Positions 1-9,959 of a DNA stretch of 37,710 nt are shown here, one piece after another. Positions within the stretch are counted from its first letter, which is position 1. Every line of letters begins with the position of its first letter. This stretch comes from Thiobacillus sp. (GTDB taxonomy: Bacteria > Pseudomonadota > Gammaproteobacteria > Burkholderiales > Thiobacillaceae): positions 1 through 37,710 of the forward strand of contig JBGSZD010000041.1 of the NCBI GenBank assembly GCA_041750575.1, in the 5' to 3' direction. A program made the position numbers and the translations under genes. The notes below the pieces were generated by a model. That model saw only the letters and a program-made list of their open reading frames with translations, had not been told where the DNA came from and did no database searches.

Positions 1-198
<198 letters not shown>

Positions 199-213
199 AG
201 ACAGATAGTGAAC

Positions 214-876
214 ATGAGCAACTCCGGCATCACGCTGGCCCTGTCCAAGGGCCGCATCTTTGAAGAAACGCTGCCGCTGCTGGCGGCGGCAGGCATCACG
301 CCGTCCGAGAGCCCCGAGTCGTCGCGCAAGCTCATCATCGGTACCAACCGCCCCGACGTGCGGCTCATCATCGTGCGCGCCAGCGACGTGCCAACCTACG
401 TGCAATATGGTGCCGCCGACCTCGGCATCGCCGGCAAGGACGTGCTGAACGAACACGGCGGCAACGGCCTGTATCAGCCGCTCGACCTGCAGATTGCGCG
501 CTGCCGCATGATGGTGGCGGTGCGCGAAGACTACGACTACGCCGGGACGGTGAAGCAGGGCGCGCGCATCCGTGTCGCCACCAAGTACGTCAACGCAGCG
601 CGCGACCATTTCGCCAGCAAAGGCGTGCACATTGACCTCATCAAGCTGTACGGATCGATGGAACTCGCCCCGCTGGTTGGGCTGTCCGACGTCATCGTCG
701 ACCTCGTCTCCACTGGCGGCACCCTCAAGGCCAACGGACTCGTCGCGGTGGAGCACATCAGCGACATCAGTTCGCGGCTGGTGGTGAACCAGGCTGCACT
801 CAAACTCAAGCGCAACCTGATCCAGCCGGTGATCGATGCTTTCTCGGCGGCAATCGGCGTATCTGACCCAGCGTAA
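214..876 (+). CDS. hisG: ATP phosphoribosyltransferase, short form (HisZ-dependent); alternative GTG start at 208
   Basis: [33 protein letters not shown] and [30 protein letters not shown] motifs; about 220 aa with no C-terminal regulatory domain. Confidence 0.97.
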   Translation: MSNSGITLALSKGRIFEETLPLLAAAGITPSESPESSRKLIIGTNRPDVRLIIVRASDVPTYVQYGAADLGIAGKDVLNEHGGNGLYQPLDLQIARCRMMVAVREDYDYAGTVKQGARIRVATKYVNAARDHFASKGVHIDLIKLYGSMELAPLVGLSDVIVDLVSTGGTLKANGLVAVEHISDISSRLVVNQAALKLKRNLIQPVIDAFSAAIGVSDPA

Positions 877-878
877 CC

Positions 879-2099
879 GTGCCTTCAGTGTTCAACCCTG
901 CCTCGTGGACGCCCGTTGTCCTCGCTTGGTCGTTCCTGCTGCTGCTGCCCTTTAGCCGTTCGTCCGAACTGCCCATCTTCATCATGGCCATCCTCGGTGG
1001 CATGCTGATCTGGAAGCACGGCAAACAGGCCACATGGCAAGGTGGGGCCAAAACTTTTAGCCTGCTGTTCCTATGCATCTGGGTGCCGATTGCCCTGTCG
1101 GTACCGGATTCGCTGTGGTTCAAGAAATCGCTCAGTACCATGCTCAGTTATCCACGCATTTATTTAGCCGGCATCTACCTGATATGGATGCTGCGCGAAG
1201 ATCTCGCGCGCCAGCGCTTGCTCAAACTGTCGGCGTGGTTGCTGTTGTTCTGGGTAGTCGATGCACTGATTCAGGCCGTGGTCGGCTATGACCTGTTGGG
1301 GTATGCCTATCCAGAACGCTTGAATGGCTTGTTCGGTCCGGAAAACTGGAAACTCGGCCTGACCCTTGCCATGCTGTCGCCCTTTGCGTGGGAATACGTC
1401 TCGCGCTACGGGGCAAAATGGCAACTCGCGTTGGTCTGGCTTGGCACAGCAGCCGTCGTCTTGCTCGCCAGCAACCGTGAAAGCTGGATCGTATTTGCAC
1501 TTGCTACCCTCATTTGGAGCTGGGCCTATTCCCGGCGGCTTGGGCTTCACCCGGTTAGACTACAGCTGCCGCTCATACTCGTTGCGGGTCTGGCAGGCGT
1601 AGGCGCCTACCAGACCAATCCAAAATTTGCCCAGCGTGTCGATCAGTCCATGGCCGCGCTGGATTTCAGCTACGAAGGTTTGGACAAGGCCGGCTCCCTG
1701 CGCATGCATTTGTGGCGTAATGCGTTGACCGTCATGGAAAACCATCCCCTCAACGGAGCAGGCGTGCGGTCTTACAGGTATGCCTATGCACAATACGCAG
1801 AAGCAGACGACCCTTATGTCAACCCGGATGGCACGGGCATGGCTTACGCTCACCAGTTGCTGCTTGAAGTGGGGTCGGAAGCGGGGGTCATTGGTCTTGT
1901 CGGACTTCTGGCCTTTTTTGTGCTGTTCATGCGCGCCAGGTGGAAACTCAAATATGAAGATTCATTAAGCTGGGTGGCCTGGTTGGGCACATTGGTTTGG
2001 CTGTTTCCTATCAATGCCCACACTGCGATCTACTCAGCATATTGGTCGTTGTTGCTGGGGTGGATTCTGGCTGTCGGAATGTCACGACAGACACAATGA
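879..2099 (+). CDS. O-antigen ligase family (Wzy_C) membrane protein, WaaL or oligosaccharyltransferase-like
   Basis: Many hydrophobic segments; loop with RMHLWRNAL..HPLNGAG and AHQLLLEVGSEAGVIG, typical of the ligase family; 406 aa. Confidence 0.85.
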   Translation: MPSVFNPASWTPVVLAWSFLLLLPFSRSSELPIFIMAILGGMLIWKHGKQATWQGGAKTFSLLFLCIWVPIALSVPDSLWFKKSLSTMLSYPRIYLAGIYLIWMLREDLARQRLLKLSAWLLLFWVVDALIQAVVGYDLLGYAYPERLNGLFGPENWKLGLTLAMLSPFAWEYVSRYGAKWQLALVWLGTAAVVLLASNRESWIVFALATLIWSWAYSRRLGLHPVRLQLPLILVAGLAGVGAYQTNPKFAQRVDQSMAALDFSYEGLDKAGSLRMHLWRNALTVMENHPLNGAGVRSYRYAYAQYAEADDPYVNPDGTGMAYAHQLLLEVGSEAGVIGLVGLLAFFVLFMRARWKLKYEDSLSWVAWLGTLVWLFPINAHTAIYSAYWSLLLGWILAVGMSRQTQ

Positions 2100-2170
2100 A
2101 TTTCACTGTTAGAGCAAAATGGATAATTTATGCGTTAAGCGTTCGATGCGGCTTGTGATTTTTTATGTAG

Positions 2171-3505
2171 ATGTTGGGGCGATCTGACGTGGGCAAACTA
2201 ACTGCATACCTTGGCCCCATCAAGGAAGCCGCTTGGGTAGCGCTTGGGCAAGTAGTTGCTTTTCTTGGCGGCCTTGCCGGGATTAAATTGCTCACCAATT
2301 TGATGACACCTGAAAACTATGGTGAATTAGCTTTAGGGCTTTCGCTGGCTGGTATTGTTAATCTCTTTCTGTTCGGCCCACTCGGGCAAGTCGTGTTGCG
2401 CTTTTATTCGGTCTGCCGTGAGCGGGGCACTATCGCTGGATACACACGAGTGCTCATCCGCCTGCATGGGCAGGCAATTTTATTTTTAGCTGTTCTCTCT
2501 TGGCCATTTTTTCTGATTGTGGGGACAGGGTTTGGCTGGGACTGGGCATGGCTTTTTGGCTTGGCGCTTTTGTTCGGCATTCTTTCCGGGGTGCAAGGCA
2601 CCCTTCTATCTCTCTTGGGCGCCTTGCGTGACCGCAAGATGGGCGCATTCACTCAAGGTCTTGATACCTGGTTGAGATTGGGTTTTGCAGCAGTGCTGGT
2701 GGTATGGGTAGGGAGCTTGGGACATTGGGCAATATTGGGCTATGCCCTGGGTTCCCTCATTATCGTTGCCATACAGTTATGGGCGGTGCGGCGGCACGGA
2801 TTTCCGAGCGAACAATTAACCAATAACGACATGTACCATAGTGCTCTACGGGCTGAATTCCTTGCCTATGGATTACCCTTCCTGGCCTTTGCTGGACTGG
2901 CCTCCATTAGCCAGTATGCGGATCGCTGGCTATTGCAAAGTTTCTGGAGCACCGAGGAAGTTGGCATTTATGCCGCCATGTTCCAGATCGCTTCAGCACC
3001 GATTGTGTTTCTGATGGGAGTCGCTACCCAACTGATTGTCCCTGTAGTGTTTGCCCGATCCGGGAATCTGGATAATCTCAACCGAACTCAGAGTAGTAAA
3101 AGCCTGCTCAGCCGTTCAGTGATGGTGGTTGGCATGCTGTATATGGTTGTTACGCTAGTGACTTATGTGTGGGGCGAAACACTGATTGCCTGGCTGACCA
3201 ATGCCGACTACTCGCGCTATGCCTCATCTCTCTGGTTGATTGTGCTGTCACAGGCGCTGTTTAATCTGGCTCAGTTTATGGTTGCTTCTGGTTTGAGCTT
3301 GAATCGCCCAATGGCGTATTTTATACCAAAGCTTGGGCAGGCTGCTAGCCTTTTATTGGTGGGTGTAACTCTAGTGCGCAGCGGAGGCATCGAGGGGATG
3401 GCGCAAGCCTTACTTGTTTCTTCGACTGTTTATTTCATTTGGGTTGCCGTGGTCAATGTCCGGTTGTGGAGGGTGCATGCTGGAACAAATACGGAGTTGG
3501 ATTAG
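2171..3505 (+). CDS. wzx: Wzx-type polysaccharide flippase
   Basis: About 12 hydrophobic segments; PENYGEL near the N-terminus and YADRWLLQSFWSTEEVGIYAA, typical of MOP/Wzx flippases; glycan locus context. Confidence 0.85.
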   Translation: MLGRSDVGKLTAYLGPIKEAAWVALGQVVAFLGGLAGIKLLTNLMTPENYGELALGLSLAGIVNLFLFGPLGQVVLRFYSVCRERGTIAGYTRVLIRLHGQAILFLAVLSWPFFLIVGTGFGWDWAWLFGLALLFGILSGVQGTLLSLLGALRDRKMGAFTQGLDTWLRLGFAAVLVVWVGSLGHWAILGYALGSLIIVAIQLWAVRRHGFPSEQLTNNDMYHSALRAEFLAYGLPFLAFAGLASISQYADRWLLQSFWSTEEVGIYAAMFQIASAPIVFLMGVATQLIVPVVFARSGNLDNLNRTQSSKSLLSRSVMVVGMLYMVVTLVTYVWGETLIAWLTNADYSRYASSLWLIVLSQALFNLAQFMVASGLSLNRPMAYFIPKLGQAASLLLVGVTLVRSGGIEGMAQALLVSSTVYFIWVAVVNVRLWRVHAGTNTELD

Positions 3506-3561
3506 CCGTCAGTTCAATTGTGTGCAATTAGTAGCCAACAATAATAGAAGGGCATAGTTAG

Positions 3562-4356
3562 ATGCGTTTAGCGCGACGAATAAACGGGTTTCTTTTGATG
3601 TTCGGAGTGGATACTATAAAAATGCTCCGTGCGGTTGCTGGACTTCCAGCCTTTGTTCGCGATCTTCAAAAATATCGTGTCCAGGCCAAGCAATCACCTA
3701 CCTCATTCGCGTTCGGCAGCCTGTACCCATGCCTAGACGACCGGTTTCAGCAAAGTGGATCGGCGACAGGGCATTATTTTCACCATGATTTTCTGGCCGC
3801 AAGACGGGTTTTTGAGAATATGCCTGGTCGTCACGTTGATGTTGGTTCCAGAATTGATGGATTCGTCACGCACGTGGCATCGTTTCGATCCATTGTGGTA
3901 ATAGACATAAGGCCGCAACAGGCACGGATTCCGAATATCGAGTTTGTTCAAGCTGATTTCTCGAAACCATTACCCGATCACCTTCGCGAGTATTGTGATT
4001 CTGTGTCGAGTCTGAGTGCTATCGAGCATTTTGGATTGGGGCGTTATGGCGATCCCGTTGATTTCAATGCTTACGTTACTGGTATAGAGAATCTGCATGG
4101 CCTTCTCAAGACAGGAGGAAAGTTGTATTTCTCGGTGCCAATCGGTCCGCAAAGAGTTGAGTTCAATGCGCATCGTGTGTTTTCGATGGCTTATTTAGTG
4201 TGCCTATTTGAAGGGCGATTCAAAATTGATCACTGTTCCTTTATCGATGATCGCGGTGACCTGCATGTGAATATCGAACTTACCGCTGAAGCTGTTGGGG
4301 CGAATCTTGGTTGCCAATTCGGGGCTGTAGTGTTCGAGTTAACAAAGGTGGCATGA
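3562..4356 (+). CDS. DUF268-like protein (SAM methyltransferase-like fold)
   Basis: GHYFHHD, DVGSRIDGFVTHVASFR, SAIEHFGLGRYGDP and FNAHRVF motifs recognised from DUF268 proteins in polysaccharide loci. Confidence 0.75.
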   Translation: MRLARRINGFLLMFGVDTIKMLRAVAGLPAFVRDLQKYRVQAKQSPTSFAFGSLYPCLDDRFQQSGSATGHYFHHDFLAARRVFENMPGRHVDVGSRIDGFVTHVASFRSIVVIDIRPQQARIPNIEFVQADFSKPLPDHLREYCDSVSSLSAIEHFGLGRYGDPVDFNAYVTGIENLHGLLKTGGKLYFSVPIGPQRVEFNAHRVFSMAYLVCLFEGRFKIDHCSFIDDRGDLHVNIELTAEAVGANLGCQFGAVVFELTKVA

Positions 4357-4410
4357 GATCGATGGGAACGGAATGCCAGGAGACAGGTTTCTTGGGAATG
4401 CAGCAGGTCC

Positions 4411-5157
4411 ATGCAACGAATGAATAAGCCAGTTAGCTTTCGCAGTCTTGCCTATCAGCGTTACTCACCTGAAGCCACCGTCGATTACGATCGCTTGGCC
4501 GCAAGTTATGCGCGTCTGGTGGGGCAGCATGTGCAACTGCTACCAGAATGGCGTTGTCTTGATTTAGCTTGTGGTTACGGGAATTTTCTTGCTTATTTGC
4601 GTGCAAGGGGCGTAACCAACTTTGTCGGAGCCGACCTGACGGAGGCTGCAATTGCGCGTGCAGCCAGAGAGTTCGGTCAGGATCGGGTTGTCTGCACCGA
4701 TGCGTCCGACTTTCTGGAATCCCATAAGCTGGAATTTGATTTGATTTCCGCGCTTGATTTTGTTGAGCACCTGCGGCCGGACGAATTGTTTCACCTTCTT
4801 TCAGGAGTGCGTGAAGGCCTTAGTAAGGATGGCCTGTTTCTCGTTAGAACACCCAATGCAAGCGCGCCCTTCGGTATGGCCGCGCGCTATAACGATATCA
4901 CCCATGAACTATGTTTCACGGCAGGTGCTCTAGGAGATGTGATGCAACGGGCGGGATTTGAAGTGATTGAGGTTTGGGAGGACATCGGCCCTCCCGGAAA
5001 CCTTCTTCAAATGTTTCATTATGTTGCCTGGCAATGCCTTCGATTCATTTACCGCACGGCAGATGCCGTCGAAACAGGTGTGTGGGGCCCCGGCATCATG
5101 ACACGCAATTTTTGGATGCTCCTGCGTAAGCGGGAAGACATGGTCGGCGATGACTAA
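4411..5157 (+). CDS. Class I SAM-dependent methyltransferase
   Basis: Motif I LDLACGYG; FDLISALDFVEHL; GLFLVRTPN. Confidence 0.85.
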   Translation: MQRMNKPVSFRSLAYQRYSPEATVDYDRLAASYARLVGQHVQLLPEWRCLDLACGYGNFLAYLRARGVTNFVGADLTEAAIARAAREFGQDRVVCTDASDFLESHKLEFDLISALDFVEHLRPDELFHLLSGVREGLSKDGLFLVRTPNASAPFGMAARYNDITHELCFTAGALGDVMQRAGFEVIEVWEDIGPPGNLLQMFHYVAWQCLRFIYRTADAVETGVWGPGIMTRNFWMLLRKREDMVGDD

Positions 5158-5869
5158 ACTGCCAGAGCAATGGACTGAAGCCAGGAACGCAGTCTTTAAT
5201 TACAACGATTTTGAGCGCGACCATTTTGTCGCCGAGGTGGCGCGTTCACTTCCACCCGGCACGCGCGTGCTTGATGCAGGTGCAGGCCCTTGCCGTTACA
5301 AGCCTTTGTTTGCCCACTGCGAATACAAGGCGCAGGATTTCGCCCAGTACACTGGCAAGGAACACTCCTATGGCGCGCTGGATTATGTAGGAGATATCAC
5401 TGCTATCGCAGCTCCGGATGGCGCCTTCGATTTCATTCTTTGCACTGAGGTGTTCGAGCACATTCCCAGACCTGATCTGGCAGTCAAGGAGTTCTCCCGT
5501 CTTCTGCGTTCGGGAGGGGAATTGGCCATTACGGCCCCTTTGGGTAGCGGCATCCATATGCCGCCTTACCATTTCTACGGTGGCTTCAGCCCGCACTGGT
5601 ACGAGCATTTTCTGCCTGCCGTGGATTTTCGTGTGGAGTCGATTCGCCCAAACGGGGGATTCTTCAAGCTCTATGGGCAAGAATCGCGGCGTTTCCTGAC
5701 CATGCTCACCCCAAGCGGGGGTCTTGCCCGAATTCTCTTCCTGCCTGTAAAGCTCGTTCTCGCGCTCTGGTTTCGCTTGATCATTCCTGTGGCCTGTCAT
5801 TTTCTGGATCGATTGGATCGGACGCCACTGTTCACTGCGGGCTATTTCGTTCGCGCGCGTAAGGCTTGA
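5150..5869 (+). CDS. Class I SAM-dependent methyltransferase (type 11)
   Basis: RVLDAGAG; FDFILCTEVFEHIPRP; LLRSGGEL; 8-nt overlap with the previous gene. Confidence 0.88.
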   Translation: MTKLPEQWTEARNAVFNYNDFERDHFVAEVARSLPPGTRVLDAGAGPCRYKPLFAHCEYKAQDFAQYTGKEHSYGALDYVGDITAIAAPDGAFDFILCTEVFEHIPRPDLAVKEFSRLLRSGGELAITAPLGSGIHMPPYHFYGGFSPHWYEHFLPAVDFRVESIRPNGGFFKLYGQESRRFLTMLTPSGGLARILFLPVKLVLALWFRLIIPVACHFLDRLDRTPLFTAGYFVRARKA

Positions 5870-7038
5870 TGGATCGTATCAAGACTCATCTGCGGAAATC
5901 CGCATGGCTTTATCGTGCCAACGCCAAGCTCAAATGCTGGCAAACCAAGCGCAGTTACCGCGCCACGCTTAAGCACTACGCAGGTACGCTGCACAGCTCG
6001 GATACGCCCATAGCCAACTTGCGCCAAGCTGCTTGGCAAGAAACGCATCGTCGTCCGCGCGTTTTTTTTATGGGGACAGATGAGCAGCAGGACAAGAGTG
6101 GTTTTGTCCAGGCTCTGCAACGTGTTGCTGATGTCGAAGTGTTTACCCGCGAAGATGGCGCTTGGGGACAAAACGACCCCGCACTCTATGACGTGCGTCG
6201 GGCGCGCAATACGCAGCGACTGTGGACACTGGTGTCCGGGTTGTCGGCAAGCGGCTGGAACCCAGATTTACTGCTTACCCAGACTTGGGGCTGCTTGGTG
6301 CAGCCCGAAATGTTTTCGCGTATCCGTAATGTTTTTGGCACCGTGGTTATCAATATCGCTATGGATGACCGTCACCAATATTGGGGCCGCAGAGTGAATG
6401 GTGAATGGGACGGTACCTTCCCGCTTATTCCGCACCTGGATATCACACTCACTGCTGCGCCAGAAGCGGTGGATTGGTATCGCAAGGAAGGAGGGGCGGC
6501 TCTTTTCTTTCCGGAGGCAAGCGACCCTGAAATTTTTCACCCTATGCCTGATTTGCCAAAGTTGCATGATGTGAGCTTCGTGGGCTCCCGCTATGGCATT
6601 CGCGAGAAGGTTGTTACAGCCCTTCGCAAGGCGGGTATTCGAGTGACGGCCTATGGCAGTGGCTGGGATAACGGGCGTATCTCAACCGAAGAGGTGCCGC
6701 GCTTGTTTGCACAGTCAAAGATCGTGCTTGGGGTGTCCGCAATTGGTCACTGCCCAGATTTTGTTGGGCTCAAATTGCGCGACTTTGATGCACCCATGTC
6801 AGGAAGTTGTTACTTGACCCAGCACAACGACGATTTGCAAGGTCTCTATGATATCGGCCGAGAGGTTGATACCTACCGGTCGGTGGCGGAATGTGTTGAA
6901 CGGGCTAGCTACTTACTTGCCCACGACTCTGGACGCGAAGCGGTCGCAGTTGCTGGGCGAGAACGCGCGCTACGTGACCATACGTGGGATGTGCGTTTGC
7001 GTGCACTGTGGGCCCATCTGGGGATGGGGGGCAACTGA
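5866..7038 (+). CDS. Glycosyltransferase, CgeB/Glyco_trans_1_2-like (GT-B)
   Basis: DVSFVGS..GIRE, SKIVLG, KLRDFDAPMSG and RALRDHTWDVR motifs. Confidence 0.8.
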   Translation: MMDRIKTHLRKSAWLYRANAKLKCWQTKRSYRATLKHYAGTLHSSDTPIANLRQAAWQETHRRPRVFFMGTDEQQDKSGFVQALQRVADVEVFTREDGAWGQNDPALYDVRRARNTQRLWTLVSGLSASGWNPDLLLTQTWGCLVQPEMFSRIRNVFGTVVINIAMDDRHQYWGRRVNGEWDGTFPLIPHLDITLTAAPEAVDWYRKEGGAALFFPEASDPEIFHPMPDLPKLHDVSFVGSRYGIREKVVTALRKAGIRVTAYGSGWDNGRISTEEVPRLFAQSKIVLGVSAIGHCPDFVGLKLRDFDAPMSGSCYLTQHNDDLQGLYDIGREVDTYRSVAECVERASYLLAHDSGREAVAVAGRERALRDHTWDVRLRALWAHLGMGGN

Positions 7039-8907
7039 ATGTGCGGGATCTACGGTCTCATCCGACGTGATGGCGTTGTCGATGGTGTGAGACTTGCTCG
7101 TCAGCGAGACCTGTTGACGCACCGAGGTCCAAATGATGCAGGTAGCTGGGTTAGCCCGGACGGACGAATTGGTTTAGCACACCGACGTCTGTCCATTCTC
7201 GACCTCACGGCGGCTGGCCATCAGCCGATGGTCAGCCAAGATGGCCGTTTCACTGTTGTCTTCAACGGCGAAATTTACAACCACCATGAAATTCGGGCTG
7301 AACTCCAAAGGGCAGGCTGCGCCATTTACACGGCCACGGATACTGAAGTTTTACTCAATGCTTATATTGCTTGGGGAGAGGCCTGTCTTGCCCGACTCAA
7401 CGGCATGTTCGCGTTCGCTATATACGATGCAGGCAATGACATTACCGAGCCTTCTTTGTTTCTGGCGCGCGACAGGGCAGGCAAGAAGCCAGTTTATTAC
7501 GCATTCGACGGACATCAGCTCGAATTCGCGTCGGAGTTAAAAGCAATTTCCCAACACGGTGGGTTATCGCTTGATGCGCTCAATTGCTATCTGGCACTCG
7601 GCTACGTGCCGCATGACCTTTGTATTGCCGATGGAGTAAAGAAACTGCCGCCCGCCCATGCTGCGCGGCTGGATCTTGCAACCTTTGAGTTCAAGGTTTG
7701 GCGTTATTGGTCGCTGCCGGCCAACCGACCCGAGCCAGGGGTGGATGGTGAAAGCCTCGCCGATGCGGCCGGAAAACTGATTGAGGATGCAACGCGGCTG
7801 CGCTTGGAGGCTGATGTGCCTGTGGGTGTGCTGCTGTCGGGTGGGTTGGATTCCAGTTTGGTGGTGGCGGCTGCAGCGCATGTGTCGGCTGCACCGGTGC
7901 GTACGTTTACCATTACCCTGCCAGGTTCTTCGCTCGACGAATCCGTTCATGCCAGGCAGGTGGCGCGTTATTTTGGCACCGAGCATCACGAGCTTGCGCT
8001 AGAGAGCACAGGGCTGGACGCGCTGGATGATATCGCCCCATATATTGATGAGCCGATTGCCGACTCCTCGCTGATCCCCTCATTTCTAGTGTCTCGACTG
8101 ACACGACAGCATGTCACGGTGGCGTTGGGCGGCGATGGTGGGGATGAGTTATTTGGTGGCTACAACGATTATCCGGCTAGCCTTGCCGATCAACATCGCC
8201 TGGGGTGGCTGCCGAAATCCGCACTAATGTTCGCCGCCCAGGCAGCAAGCGGTCTTCCGGCTGGAGTGCGGGGGCGCAACCGAATTGCCTCCTTGAGAGG
8301 CGGGGCATTGCAGCAAATAATCTGGGGACGACCGTATTTCGATATCGCGCTCCGTCAAAGAGTTCTTACACGCGACGCAATGGATGCATTAGGGAAAAAG
8401 TCGGATGCGCCTGAGTGCTTTCTACTTGGCTTGTACGAAGCTGGGTCCGATGCGGTGGACCGGATGACCAGAACACACTTTGGGGGGGTTCTTCCGGACG
8501 ATTTTCTAGTGAAGGTTGACCGGATGAGCATGGCGGTATCATTGGAAATGCGTGCTCCTTTGCTGGATCATCGACTGGTGGAGTTCGCGTTCGGGCGCAT
8601 CCCGTCAGAGTGGAAGGTCAAAGGGCGCGAAACACGCAGGGTGCAAAAAATCCTCGCTTCAAGATGGCTTCCGCCAGAACTGGATGTCAGGCGCAAGCAG
8701 GGTTTTTCGATTCCGCTGAATGAATGGATGCGTAATTCGGGCGGTGGCGAACTGCGGCGGGTTCGAGATTGGCTGCCTAAATGCATCAACCAGGATGAAG
8801 TCGATGGCTTGCTTGCCGGCCACGCCAAGGGCCGCGCTAATGGCGGACGTCTGTTTGCCCTGCTTATGCTTGCAATTGCAATGAAAAATTTAGATTTGGG
8901 TTCCTGA
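7039..8907 (+). CDS. asnB: Asparagine synthase (glutamine-hydrolysing) family amidotransferase, probably glycan-modifying
   Basis: N-terminal MCGI, HRGPND, HRRLSILDL, FNGEIYN, LSGGLDSS, GDGGDELFGGY and RKQGF motifs. Confidence 0.93.
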   Translation: MCGIYGLIRRDGVVDGVRLARQRDLLTHRGPNDAGSWVSPDGRIGLAHRRLSILDLTAAGHQPMVSQDGRFTVVFNGEIYNHHEIRAELQRAGCAIYTATDTEVLLNAYIAWGEACLARLNGMFAFAIYDAGNDITEPSLFLARDRAGKKPVYYAFDGHQLEFASELKAISQHGGLSLDALNCYLALGYVPHDLCIADGVKKLPPAHAARLDLATFEFKVWRYWSLPANRPEPGVDGESLADAAGKLIEDATRLRLEADVPVGVLLSGGLDSSLVVAAAAHVSAAPVRTFTITLPGSSLDESVHARQVARYFGTEHHELALESTGLDALDDIAPYIDEPIADSSLIPSFLVSRLTRQHVTVALGGDGGDELFGGYNDYPASLADQHRLGWLPKSALMFAAQAASGLPAGVRGRNRIASLRGGALQQIIWGRPYFDIALRQRVLTRDAMDALGKKSDAPECFLLGLYEAGSDAVDRMTRTHFGGVLPDDFLVKVDRMSMAVSLEMRAPLLDHRLVEFAFGRIPSEWKVKGRETRRVQKILASRWLPPELDVRRKQGFSIPLNEWMRNSGGGELRRVRDWLPKCINQDEVDGLLAGHAKGRANGGRLFALLMLAIAMKNLDLGS

Positions 8908-8909
8908 TT

Positions 8910-9959
8910 TTGTCTGATATCCCGCTTATTTCTGTATGCATTCCTGCATACAACCGTGCAGCATTGCTTCCGGCCCTGCTTGATTCCATTGTGCCCCAGA
9001 CAAACGTGCATTATGAAATCGTGATTTGCGAGGATGCTTCTCCGGAACGCGAGCGGATCCACCAAGTGGCCGAGCAGTATTCGATCGCATATCCCGGACG
9101 AATCTCCTATCACGAAAATGCAGTCAATCTTGGCTACGACGGCAATTTGCGGAGATTGATCGAGTTGGCCCGAGGCGAGTATGTGCTGTTCATGGGCAAC
9201 GATGATCTGCTGGCAGATGGGGCGCTGTCTGCTGTGGCTGAAGCAGTGCGGACTCACCCGAATGTCGGGGTCGTGCTCCGCAGCTATGATTCTTTCGTCG
9301 ATGATCCTCATCGCCCGGTGCAAACCTTCCGCTACTTTGACAGCGAGAGTTATTTTCCGGCGGGGGCGCAGACTATTGTGACTTTTTTCCGCCGCTGTGT
9401 ATTTATTTCGGGCATGGTGGTGCGGCGTGAAAGCGCAAATAGACACACCACCAACCGTTTCGATGGGACGCTGCTGTATCAGCAGCATCTGGTCGGGCAA
9501 ATACTGGCAAGCGAGAGCGGTGTTTATCTACCACAAATTCTGTCGCATCACCGTCTAGGGGGCACGCCGGATTTTGGCAATAGCGCGGCAGAGCAAGGGC
9601 GGTTTGTGCCTCGCGAGCAAACGCCGGAATCGTCAGTGCATTTCATGCGCGGCATGTTGCAAATCGCTGCCGACCTTGAGCGAACCTTGGGCTTGCGGCT
9701 GTATAAGCCGATATTGCGCGACATTGGTAATTACGCTTATCCCATCTTGTCGATTCAGGCAGGTAATTCGCGGCGCATATTACTGCGCTATGCCCGCGAC
9801 CTGGCTAGGTTAGGCTTGTGGCGTGTCCCACTGTTTCATATCTATGTGGTTGGCTTGCTACTTCTGGGGCGGCGCAACTGTGACGCACTGATAGCCGAGA
9901 TCAAGAAGCGCCTTGGCAGGGCACCCGTGATCGGCAAGGTTTATTCCGGGCAGCGATGA
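8910..9959 (+). CDS. Glycosyltransferase family 2 (RfbV/abequosyltransferase-like)
   Basis: ISVCIPAYNR, EIVICEDAS, NLGYDGN and GEYVLFMGNDD motifs; TTG start. Confidence 0.87.
   Translation: MSDIPLISVCIPAYNRAALLPALLDSIVPQTNVHYEIVICEDASPERERIHQVAEQYSIAYPGRISYHENAVNLGYDGNLRRLIELARGEYVLFMGNDDLLADGALSAVAEAVRTHPNVGVVLRSYDSFVDDPHRPVQTFRYFDSESYFPAGAQTIVTFFRRCVFISGMVVRRESANRHTTNRFDGTLLYQQHLVGQILASESGVYLPQILSHHRLGGTPDFGNSAAEQGRFVPREQTPESSVHFMRGMLQIAADLERTLGLRLYKPILRDIGNYAYPILSIQAGNSRRILLRYARDLARLGLWRVPLFHIYVVGLLLLGRRNCDALIAEIKKRLGRAPVIGKVYSGQR

Noticed and set aside
2100-2170. AT-rich gap before wzx (also 3506-3561) as possible sigma70 promoters
   Set aside because: Only -10-like hexamers (GATAAT, AATAAT) with no convincing, correctly spaced -35
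6062-6069. T8 tract in a glycosyltransferase (also G7 at 8482-8488 in asnB) as possible phase-variation sites
   Set aside because: The tracts are short, encode ordinary residues (VFF, FGG), and both frames are intact
7036-7041. In-frame abutting TGA-ATG between the glycosyltransferase and asnB as a possible fusion
   Set aside because: AsnB needs a free N-terminal Cys (MCGI), so this is ordinary translational coupling
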